Source: Octopus vulgaris (taxonomy: Eukaryota). From it: a stretch of 64,000 bases of DNA. Every line of letters begins with the position of its first letter. Position 1 is the first letter of the stretch. The stretch spans positions 84,382,001 to 84,446,000 of the forward strand of contig OX597820.1 in assembly GCA_951406725.2 (NCBI GenBank). Reading direction: 5' to 3'. Of this stretch, positions 52,701 through 64,000 are shown one piece after another. The position numbers and the translations under genes were made by a program. Under the pieces are notes generated by a model. That model was not told where the DNA came from and made no database searches. It saw only the letters and a list, made by a program, of their open reading frames with translations.

Positions 52701-54729
52701 AATAGTAACAAATACTGAATGGATTTCTGTGACGACAACCTCTCACTGATAAATTTGAAATTTCAAAAGATATATACATAGATTATAATTTCAGTATTTC
52801 AAAACGGTGATATCTCGCCTTAAATTCAGCATTACTAATGAAGAAATTACATGGTGGCAGGAGTAGCAAATAAATTAGATTACATCTATCAAGCAATTAA
52901 CACATCTATTTTAGTACTTATTGAAAATGCTAACGAAGTATGATGAAATCTGTTAGTAAATTAGTATGTCCACACATTCTACTTCACAATTTCTAAAATT
53001 TCGCAAGAATCGATACAGAACTGGCTTTTCTTGTCACCGTGAACTTGTTCGAAACTGCAAAGTGCCAACTCACTTGCACTTGCAATTTTCCCTCATGTTA
53101 TAATATTACAGACTAGTATATCATTATCCATTTATTTCAAAGTTAATTAATAGGTAGAGTGTTTTACTCCGCTTTCTGCAAGTATAGTTTCTAGAAAAGC
53201 CTGATAAAGCAGTAGCCAATAATATTTCATAATTTTGCCACGCATTAATATATGACGGCTCAGTACTGAACGTTTTCTTCATCCTCTGCAGGAGGAACAC
53301 GAAACAGAAGCCATTTATTTAGAAAAGAGACATTTCCAATTTTAGCATTTTAGAATGATTTTTCAGGCAGCAAGTTAAGTTCATTTTCCTGAATATTTTT
53401 GAGAGTTCTTCATTGTCGTAGAAATAATGTTTAATAGTTGTGCTTAAAATTTACCGACTGCAGTTGATATGAGAGAGTTCATAAACAAGCAATGCATATC
53501 CTGTCATAGAAACAACTTTCAATTAATCACTGTACTCTATTTTCATACGAAGATATCGCAACTGTATCTGTTATTTGTAATCATCAGCAATATCGTACTT
53601 GTATTTTAGCTATATTCATACATTTTAAGAGGATAGGGTTTTCACATTCTTCTTGCCTACGACAAAGAAGGCTCCGACAAAGCTTCCATACACTTATTAT
53701 CGTATTGAATCAATCCTATTTAAAACAAGCGATTAATAGGGCAAAAACAGCAATCAATAACTCAAAGTTGCAAAATGATGTCGAACAAGGGATTACATTA
53801 AAAATCTTTCTGAAGCAAATGTATTCATGATGAGATGAACTCATAACAGAACATTGCGAAATCTTATTTCAGTATATACTTCAACTTTGGCGTCTCTTTA
53901 TGTGATTACGTTGTTTACCTATGAGTAATTGAATGCTAGCTGACATTACAGCAAGAAAGCAGTCATAGAATTTGTTTTCATGCCACGAAAACTGCACTGT
54001 AGTTTCCAAAACAAAAATGTGTTACTTTCCCATTATCTAAGTTAACAGCCAGATGCAGAGCTTATCGTTCATGAATAGGGTATGTAACTATTCGACAAAA
54101 TCCCTCAAAAGCAAAAAATATACGGATCATCTTGATTCATCTTTTATTTGTTAGCCTAAATTCCAGTATGAGAAATCTTGTTAAGCTATTACATCTTGCG
54201 TTAGAGTCCACTATACGTTTTATCCACAATAATTCATTTTCATCACTGCCAGTATCATTTGGAACGTCTTTAAAACATGCGATATATCGATTCCGAATAT
54301 GATAATTTGCATAACAACTACATTGTGGTGCTGCTCTTGTGAATGCCAGAAATATGTCGTACTTGCTTGCATATCTTTAGTGAAAATACCTTGATGACGT
54401 TGCCTAGACTTCTCTTTCACACGTTGTATAGTGTAGTTCATTGTCTTGTGTTGATTTTGGAATTTCTGAATATAGATTATAGCATCAGTATCATAAGAGT
54501 AAATTTGGTGCACGTTCCAGAGAGAATTTCATGCTTGAAGAGGCATTATTGATTTGTATTCATGTGGTAACGTGCTCCTTGAAATATGTATGATTTAGTT
54601 GAGTTCAATGACTCTGAAAACTATAAGGTGTGTGATGAAAAACTGTAACAGATGCCTAGGTGAATATTTTGTACCGTTTAGTTCTCATTTTATTCCATTT
54701 AGATTTGCAAGTAAAGGTAATGAACATAT

Positions 54730-55070
54730 CAAGAATACATAACTACACGTATAAACTGTTAATAGTTTCAGAACATTTATGAAGGAAGGTCTTACAGCTG
54801 TTTCCGGCGGGATATTTTATATGTACCTTCATCAGAAACTGTGTGAGAAATTGTTTAAGTAATAGTTATTATAGCGAACATATGAAATACAGCGTGAAGT
54901 GGAGAAATAAACACAGGCGTGAGATACGTAAGACAATATGGGACCACTGTTGGGAATCACTGTGAAAAGGTTGGGTAGCACTGCTCTAAAGTGTTCTTCT
55001 TGTGTGTAAATGGGGGGTAATACTGAATGAAATTTGACTGTTTTCCTTAACAGGTTAAACAACAATGCAG
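54730..55070 (-). mobile_element. Penelope-like 3' end / pLTR
   Basis: Weak GIY-YIG-end-like residues followed by a hammerhead of the CAGCTG family. Confidence 0.55.
54789..54839 (-). ncRNA. Minimal type I hammerhead, CAGCTG-loop family (canonical core, weak stem II)
   Basis: Minus strand GTTT CTGATGA AGGTACATATAAAATATCCCGCCG GAAA C-AGCT-G TA AGAC. Confidence 0.7.
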
Positions 55071-55124
55071 AAACTCATATTGTGCGTATGTATGTATGCA
55101 TATCTCTCTCTTTCTCTCTCTCTG

Positions 55125-55175
<51 letters not shown>

Positions 55176-55176
55176 T

Positions 55177-55232
<56 letters not shown>

Positions 55233-56005
55233 ATATATGTATGTATGTATGTGTGTGTCCGTGTGTTTGTCTTTGTATATGGGTCTGTGTTTGTGTTTGA
55301 GTGTGTGTGAGTATAGATAGAGATAGATAGATACATATATAGATAAATATAAATTGATAGATAGATATATTGATATATGCATTACTTTAATATATACCTC
55401 ATCAGAATTGCTCCTAGTTTTACGGTTCAATCTAATACTGTCAAATATCTTCTACTTTATAAATAATGGTTCGTGAAATTACACTGAAACTACATCCAAA
55501 ATATGGAACAACTCTGTGTATGGCGAAAGAATTTTTAAGATTTCATAAGAAATCCAAATTGATATTTATCTAAAGACTTACTATGCTATATTTGGTAAGT
55601 TCTACACTAAGATTCATTCACTCTCACATCGTCATGGCTGTCCGATATATAGTTATCATTTTATGGAAAAATACAAATCTGTAATGGGCATGGCTACTGT
55701 TCACTAATAACTGCGTATAACGCATACATTTATTTGTTGGAAAGTCAGTAAGAGGACAATTAAAATGTCTATATTGTGCCTAAAATAGCTATTATTGGAA
55801 TTATATGCACGGCATGCCCATACATATAGACGTACATGAAAGATTCTGGAACAATAGTTACGGTATTTATTTGCATCATTTTAGACTGTGAATTCAAATC
55901 ATACAATATATTCTTTGTCTTTTCCAATACAAGACGACCATCTTCATACAAATCAAATGCAGGACTTCAAAATGTAGATCGTATTTGAATATCTATATGT
56001 GATAG

Positions 56006-56070
<65 letters not shown>

Positions 56071-56092
56071 TTAGTTTTACTCATTTTAGTTT

Positions 56093-56258
56093 AGGTGTGG
56101 CTATGTGGTAAGTAGGTTGCTTATGAACCAAATGGTTCCGGGTTCAGTCCCACTGCGTGGCACCTTCGGCAAGTGACTTCTACTATCGCCTCGGGCCGAC
56201 CAAAGCCTTGTAAGTGGGTTTGGTAGACGTAGACGGAACTTGAAAGAAGCCCGTCGTA

Positions 56259-56320
<62 letters not shown>

Positions 56321-56507
56321 TGTGTAAATGTTTGTGTGTCTCTGTTTGTCCGCCAACTGATGCTGGTGTGTTTACGTACTCGTAACTTAGCGGTTCGGCA
56401 AAAGGACCGATAGAATAAGTACTAACATTACAAAGAATAAGTTCTGGGGTCGATTTTCTCGACTAAATGTGGTGCTCCAGCATGGCCACAGTGAAATGGC
56501 TGAAACA
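56093..56507 (+). mobile_element. Family 2 SINE with internal (TA)n
   Basis: tRNA-like head. Homologous to 18676-19119. Confidence 0.88.
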
Positions 56508-58292
56508 ACTAACGACGAAATCAATATAGCCATATAGATATACATATATTTGAAATTTACAGAGAGACAAGTAAAAGAGTAAACGAGTATATTGTGACTC
56601 TGAGTAGCTATGCAAAAAGGAGAAATACAGAGATAAATGTGGTGCTATATTAAACTGGAAGTTTAAACTTTCTCTTATGAAAGAAATGAACAAATTAACG
56701 AAAGGCTAACAGGAAACGAAATGCAAATAATACTGAAAGAGCTTCACCTCAATATGTCTTAAATATTTAAACAATCTATTCTTTATAATTGTGGCCAACA
56801 GTAATATCCTAATTACATTCACAAATATAACATCGATACAATGTATAAAGGTATGCTAAACGAACAGGCAAAAGCAATTATCTTAGGAAAATATTCTTGA
56901 ACAAACATCTTCATGCAAGAACGAAGTTGAAACAATAAATCATTCTATTCAATACACAAGGTTAACTCAGAAGTGTTATACACGTACACACAAGCACACA
57001 CACACATATATGAGAGAGAGAGGTACACATACGAATGTATATGCATCTGTATTTTTGTATGTGTATATATATATCAGTAAGTGTGCTTGTATATAAACGT
57101 TTGCTGTGGTGTATACATGTAAGAGTAAATAAATGATTCTAATAAGAGCACCATATTCATCAAATCATAAGAAATCGGTAGGATAATTCATTTGCCGATG
57201 AAGTGAGCCATTTATCAAGGACAATTGATCAACAGCGAATGCAAGTCAGTTGATAAGAGAACGAATGAATGTTGAACATAGAAATAAATACGACGAGGAT
57301 GACATTTTAGCACGTATTAAGTCCCTGCTAAATCTTTTGATAATTGCTGAATGATCAATCAAATGAGACTAGAAAATTATTGGCTACAGAAGTAGAATTA
57401 ACGATGAAAGCCTTTGTGCTAGTCACAGTACAAATGACTAATGAGGAAAACGGATATAATTGTCAAACATTTATCTTAAGTGTCAAATATAAAATGAATA
57501 TTAATAAGATATAAACATAATATAAGCATTATAAGTGCAAATTACGATTAGAGTCTGTTGAAATGGTAAGCACACATTGACACAAATTTAAGATTACTTA
57601 TCGACAGAGGTAATTACAGCAACAAATAGATGTATAGATGGACAAAAAGAGACATACATACAGATTCACATACAGACACATATAGATACACAGATACACA
57701 CATAAAAACACACAGTGACGCATATATCCATATTGAGACACAAAAGATAAAATGAAAAGGAGACACAGAGAAAGATGTAGTAAATTGACTCAGAATTAAG
57801 TTGGCGAATAACTATTATGGCAATGGGGAGAACAAATATCAGTATTTGCTGTGATCATGTGCAGGCTGAGTTTAAAACTTACCAAGATCGTTGTGTCTTT
57901 CCATTTACTCCAAGTGGGAAAATATAACAATCCAAGTAGGCAGTGTTTCAGTGATATTCCTACACCGCAGTGTATAATTGTCATATTTTCACTATTCTTT
58001 ACTATGTTTTCCAAAACACTGTTCACTCTAAATTTAATGAAGAGAATCTCTATGAAAAATATCCTTCGGGATGGGAAAACTGATACATTTTGCTTGGCCG
58101 ATACACTTTGCTACCTATATTGGATATATATATATATATATATATATACAAATTGAGATAGGGGTTGTAAATGCAACCCTCCATGGGATAACATATATCC
58201 AATATACTGCTAGTGAAGTACCCAACAGAGTTAATACATAAATGTTAATGATTGCGATGCAATCAATTCATTTACTCTATTATATGGGCAAT

Positions 58293-58342
<50 letters not shown>

Positions 58343-59497
58343 ATGTAAGTTTGTGCACGTGTATGTCTAGATAGATACACACATGCATACATATATATAT
58401 ATATATACATACATATATATACACACATACATACATAATACATACATAATAGGAAGATAGATACATAAACATATAGCCATATATATGGATACATGTTTTA
58501 AAACAAGTTTTTGTATCTAACTTTCATGTGATACAATGCAATAGAGAGAATTGGGTTAAATAAAAAAGAAACCGGAGATGAAGAAACAAAGCAGTCTGTT
58601 TAATTGGGTGAACATATTCCCATGTATGCTATTTCCTCCGTTTGTGTCATCTTTCTTCTTGAAAATATACCTTTACCTGTATTCTTTTACAAATCCAGTT
58701 CTTTCATGCGTAATAAAATTTTGTTAAAACCGATTTCCGACAATTTCATGCCTTTGATTCTGTTCGTATGCAAATCTTTTTGAAAAGTATAGTTCTCCAT
58801 ATTTTTGGAGCATTGGGATGCATAGTTTCCTAAACAAAATGTATAAACTAATTCTCATAGTGTCGCAAAAAATCTATTATGCGTGCAAAATATACTAAAT
58901 ATAATATCTCAAAATTCATCAAAATCTTTCTTCAAGTATTACCAAAGTTTGTTATTATCGGTTTGGAGTATTTAGAACAAAATGAATGCTGAATTTCGGA
59001 ACTCATAAAAGAAGAGACAAAGTTCAACTATATTTTTTAGTATCGATATGACGGTGACCTGCTCATTTCTTTTTTTTTAAACCGTTGAGCCCTCATAATT
59101 TTAATTGCGAAGATATTTCTCAGACATTTCCATTCGATAAGAAATTTGACTAATTAAGTTTTCACTCGTATTTTAAGAGACTGGCAAGGCACAACAAAGG
59201 AGATAATTTACAGATTGTTTTTTGAACACAGAGCAATACTTTGTCCAATACTTGGAAGTTTATCGAATTATTGACAAGGTAATTTTCATCATAAATTCTA
59301 AATCCAATTCTTTATATGGTTTCCGGTAGTATGATTTTAAATAGCACCGGACAGATCCATTCCTTTTGAGTGGATAATTATACCTGAAAACTATATCACA
59401 GCTATTTGGCTTCATATTGCATTTATGCAATATGATATATATATATATTATATAATTATATGATATATATTATATGTATATATATATATATCAATAT

Positions 59498-59530
<33 letters not shown>

Positions 59531-59531
<1 letters not shown>

Positions 59532-59720
59532 ACAATTGCAGCGTGGAAGGTGTTTGTAAGTCATTTAAGAAACACACAGAAGCCGTTCGATTCACTTCAA
59601 CATTTAAGTTTAATTTGACAAAATATTTTCGTGGCTTTAAGACCGTGACCTGTTCAATGACAAAAATCCGTGCTGCATCTGAGAAAGTAACAGTTAGTTC
59701 GTTATATACATGTACGTATG
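59531..59720 (-). mobile_element. Second copy of the element D family, with degenerate hammerhead at 59616-59662
   Basis: Highly similar to 38933-39120. The core reads TTGAACA and the stems are partly mutated. Confidence 0.85.
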
Positions 59721-60084
59721 TATGTGTGTATGTATTTATGCACGCATGTAAGCATGCATGCATGTATGTATGTACGTATGTACGCCTGTGTGTATGTATG
59801 TATGTATGTATGTACGTATGTGTGTATATACACGCACACACACACTATAAACTTAAAGCTATGAACGTGTAGTGATGGATAGATGTAGACTGACAACTCA
59901 TCACAACAATATCAAATTTCAACCTCCCTCGCAGAAACTAGGAAGTGATTTACGACCCTCACAACCACGACAAAACTCTAAAACCTATTATCAGTCACTT
60001 ATCTCTATATCACAAAACTTTTGTTTTACTATTACTTATTTCTTTTTTTTTCTCCCTTACATCTAGTTAGTTGAGGTTGTATAT

Positions 60085-60460
60085 ATATACGTATGCATGT
60101 GCGTATATATGTATGTATGTGTGCATGCACTTACGTACGCATGTGCGTATGTATGTATTTGCGCACGTATGCATGTGCGTATGTATGTATGTGTGTACAT
60201 GTACGTGCGTATGTACGTGTGTATGCCCATATACAGGTATGTATGTTTGTACACATGTGCAACGTATGTATGTGAGTATCTAGGAGAATAGACAGACGCG
60301 TATGTGTACGTGTACATGTGTATGTGCATGTGAACGTATGTCCGTGTACTGGCATGTGTCCGTCTAAGTTCTGTACATGACTGTTACTTTGTTGAAGGTT
60401 GTATATATACACACATATATGTTTGTATAGACGCACACACATATATATATGTGGATGTGC
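60085..60460. repeat. Degenerate (TG/TA/TGCA) low-complexity tract
   Basis: Directly visible. Confidence 0.85.
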
Positions 60461-61019
60461 GTTTGTTCCTCTCATCGTCATCTAACGGTGAATGGATACA
60501 ACGTTTAGGTGCAACTGTGCACATATAACCATATACATATAGACAAATACACACAATCATATAGAAACACTCATAAATACACTTATAACCTTAAAATTAT
60601 ATACTCATATATGCCTATCCACTTCTACATACATATGTGCTATTACACACATACACACACACACGCATACACACACGCACACACACGCATAAACATACAT
60701 ACACACACACACACACACATACATACAAAATATGACACAGTATTCAAGGGCAACGGTTAAAAATCGAACATGCATTATATTAACCTATCTGCTCTTTTTT
60801 TTCTTTAATTTTATATATGCATAAACGCATACATATACAATACATACATACACCCATACATACTCATATGTGCATGCATGTGCATTTTTTATAGCACCTC
60901 ACACGCACATAGGTAACAAACAACGTACGCTGATACGGTTATATATAGCTGCACATAAGTGTTTTAGCACCACACATTGCAACATGCATGTAAGGATTAC
61001 ATGTAAATGAGAGAGAGGG

Positions 61020-61855
61020 GTGGTTATAGAATGGTCCTCCTGAATGGGATCTGGATGTTACTCCATTCGGATTTTCGGTTTGAGAGTAGGTTTGTATTCT
61101 TGTATACAAACAGATTCTGTGACCTGTCTCATCATTGCATCGGTGGGATGTGTTGATAGGATGTTTAACTTAAGTTTCCCTAAGAATCCCTTGTGGCAGT
61201 CTACAGCATGTTGATAGAAGATGGAATTTGGCTTCTTTTCAATGTAGTTGTCCAGGTTTTCATTGAACCTATCATTGATAATCCTAGAAGTCTCACCTAT
61301 GTATGACTCTGGGTTAGTCGCCCAAGCTTCCTTGCCCTTGGTCTTGCAGTTCACATGTGGTTTTCTCGAACATACTGCACAATTACTTTGATACGTGATT
61401 CTATCAAATGGATATGATCTGCATAATGCAGATTTGATAGTCCTACCTGTCTTTTCTACAAATTTGATTCTAAGGCCAGTAGTGCGCAGGATTTTCTTGA
61501 ATGCCTTACTTAGCTCGTTCTTAGGTGTGGCGTCAACGAACATTAGTCCGTGAAATTTCCTGTTATCATACCAAGTATTGTTTCTCATCCTTTGTTGGTG
61601 TCTCTCTCAAGCCTATTCCAGAAATTGTTGCAGTATAGGGGGCATATACCGTTTTCGTCGCTCCTTAGAATGCGTTCGAATCTTGAATTTGCTCTGTTGT
61701 ATACTCTGACTCTATCGTCTTGTGTGTATCCGGAGAGATGCATTCGGAATATGTAGTGCTCGATGTGCTGTTGTCGTTCTTGTGGTTGGCATAGTGGGGA
61801 TGCATTCCTCATTACTCTAATTAAGTCTGCCACTAGGATGTTGAGTTTGGTAGTG
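61020..61855 (-). mobile_element. Penelope-like (Neptune-type) RT C-terminus, Cys-rich linker and GIY-YIG
   Basis: ORFs 61585-61833 and 61058-61588: MHLSGY, CAVC..NC, YIGETSR..RF.E, RQVTESVCI..KPTL. Confidence 0.85.
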
Positions 61856-61867
61856 TATATATATATG

Positions 61868-61903
<36 letters not shown>

Positions 61904-61910
61904 CATAACG

Positions 61911-61942
<32 letters not shown>

Positions 61943-62259
61943 TATAAACATACATATATACTATACAATATATATATTTATATATATGTATATATTTATA
62001 TAATATAAAATAAATATATATACATATATTTATATATATATATGTGTGTGTGTGTGTATGTAAATATATATATAATGTATAAAATATTCTATAACTATAT
62101 ACATAATTATAATGAGGCGTCAGATAATTGCCTCACCCCCTAACGAATTGGAAAGAGACGCTAATGTCTTTTCAACTACAATAAAATCTCAGAGAAAATA
62201 ACACACTTTTTGAATGTAGCCAACAGGGAAAATGATGAATCAAATCGACTTCGGTTAAA

Positions 62260-62317
62260 TACAGACGCCTTTCGAACTAAAAGTAAAATATAATTACCTT
62301 TTGTTCTCATCAGAGTA
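62260..62317 (-). ncRNA. Minimal type I hammerhead, canonical core
   Basis: Minus strand TACT CTGATGA GAAC-AAAAGGTAA..TTACTTTTA-GTTC GAAA GGCG TC TGTA. One mismatch each in stems I and III. Confidence 0.65.
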
Positions 62318-62610
62318 ATGTCCAAATATAAATTTGCAAGTATTGGAATAATTATCCACGCGATCAGGCGTCATCGCATGACTAATATTGAACTACACTT
62401 CCAGAGATATATAGTCGAGTGTGATTCATATTTTAGAATTATACCCACGTATGTTCAAAGAACTATCCCGTAGAAAACTGCAGTTTCTATCATGGAGTGT
62501 CCCTAATTATGATAATAATAATATAGGGTAAGATTATTAATAATAATTTTACCAAGTAGTCACTACGTACAAATATATTTTAGGTAAGTTATACAAATTA
62601 TTTGATAGAG

Positions 62611-63192
62611 TATTTTGTTTATTTTAGTAGTTTTGACCGCATTGGTCCCTCTTAGCGTGTGGTATCTACTAATAGTAGTACCCTCAATATAATATAAATA
62701 AATATTTTCAAAGTGGAAAAATTTACGGATTTTTTCTCTGACGAGGTTTTTCACGCTAACTACTGATAATTTCTTTTAAAGATTTTATCCTCAGTTGTAA
62801 ATTTATATTTTTCACCGGAATAGTTCAATACTGAATTTTTATTCCGAGTAAGCAATTTGTGACCGAAATGCATTGCGAATAAGCCCGCCATTTTCATAGA
62901 TCTGTAAAGATAAACATTCGTACATGCTACGAAATCACAGGTGATATGTAACTAACTTCTTTTTTTTAAATGATTTGCTTTGAAGCTTTGCATTCGGTAA
63001 TATTTTGTTTATTTTAGTAGTTTTGACCGCATTGGTCCCTCTTAGCGTGTGGTATCTACGATTAGTAGTACCCTCAATATAATATAAATAAATATTTTCA
63101 AAGTGGAAAAATTTACGGATTTTTTCTCTGACGAGGTTTTTCACGCTAACTACTGATAATTTCTTTAAAATATTTGATCCTCAGTTGTAAAT

Positions 63193-63198
<6 letters not shown>
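62611..63198. repeat. ~198 bp direct repeat, period 390 bp, in a (TA)-flanked segment (62521-63200)
   Basis: Copies 62611-62808 and 63001-63198. Confidence 0.92.
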
Positions 63199-63256
<58 letters not shown>

Positions 63257-63257
63257 C

Positions 63258-63565
63258 GCCAAATACGCTTGAGGATCAACTACTGCAACAGACTGTGTTT
63301 CAAGGGCCCACAGCTTTTTAATATTCTCCCAAAGAGTCTGAGGAACTTGCACAAAGTAGATGTAGCGGTTTTTAAATCAAAGCAGGACATCTTCCTGTCG
63401 AGAGTCCCAGTTGAACCTACCTCACGGCAAGAGGTGCAAATGAGAGTAGCTATATCAAACACCATTCTTCACAAAGTGCCACATATCAGAGGAGGCTCTT
63501 AGTAATAACAGTGTAGCATAAAAACGGCGATGCAACAGCATGGCCGCAACTCTGAGCTGAAACAA
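63258..63565 (+). mobile_element. CR1-group LINE 3' fragment related to the 28.2 kb element
   Basis: FKGPQLFNILPKSLRNLH..VFKSKQDIFLSRVPVEPTSRQE matches the C-terminus of ORF 28298-29605. Confidence 0.88.
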
Positions 63566-63732
63566 AAAAGAAATATAGTATATATATATAATATATATAT
63601 TATATATGTTATACATATAGACATATTATATATATATATGTATATATATATTATATATAGATATTAAATATATATATAATATATATACATATATATATAT
63701 ATAATATAAAATATTGTATATATATTATATAT

Positions 63733-63800
<68 letters not shown>

Positions 63801-64000
63801 AAGTATTATATTTTATTCTATTTACTAAAGATTGCCAAAACTATGCATAGCCCAGGAAAGATAGGGTAAACGTTTTATATCTTATTCCCTTTCTTAATTA
63901 CAACTATTAGTGGTTTGGAGTTTAACTGCTCTTTCTAGTGAGTCAGATGTCCTATTAGGGTCACCTCTTATGTGTTTAAATGTACACTGTATTTTTATAT

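Larger units (their letters stand above)
52400..58050 (-). pseudogene. Fossil Helitron Rep/helicase gene, interrupted by later insertions
   Basis: Colinear degraded motifs on the minus strand: YIFPLGVNG (~57920), FAVD (~57230), IVPESF (~55845), RVVPY (~55505), EGFCRIVTYPIHER.ALHLAVNLDNG (~54030-54107) and SG.KTLY..EGKIA (~53085-53175). Confidence 0.5.

Noticed and set aside
55365-55410. CTGATGA plus stem on the minus strand
   Set aside because: GAAA and the cleavage site are absent (runs into a microsatellite), so it is too incomplete.

Overview
AT-rich, microsatellite-dense eukaryotic intergenic or intronic DNA, most likely from an octopus (inferred from the SINE/LINE families and the (TA)n/(CA)n load). 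No host protein-coding gene can be supported. The window is a mosaic of mobile DNA: two almost intact minus-strand LINEs (CR1-group at about 28.2-32.1 kb, RTE/BovB-type at about 32.5-37.2 kb), a decayed HERO-like element inside a mariner, Tc1, mariner, L1/Tx1 and R4/Dong remnants, tRNA-derived SINEs, nested or composite Helitrons with fossil Rep/helicase sequence, and many Penelope-like (PLE) fragments. The strongest signal is about a dozen type I hammerhead-ribozyme motifs, read by eye, from several unrelated short elements beside (TA)n tracts. One has a complete core (24404-24506, minus strand), and others carry compensatory U3-A8 or G3-C8 cores. Several sit in long fold-back palindromes in which only one arm keeps the ribozyme. 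All structures and translations were read manually and need computational and experimental confirmation.
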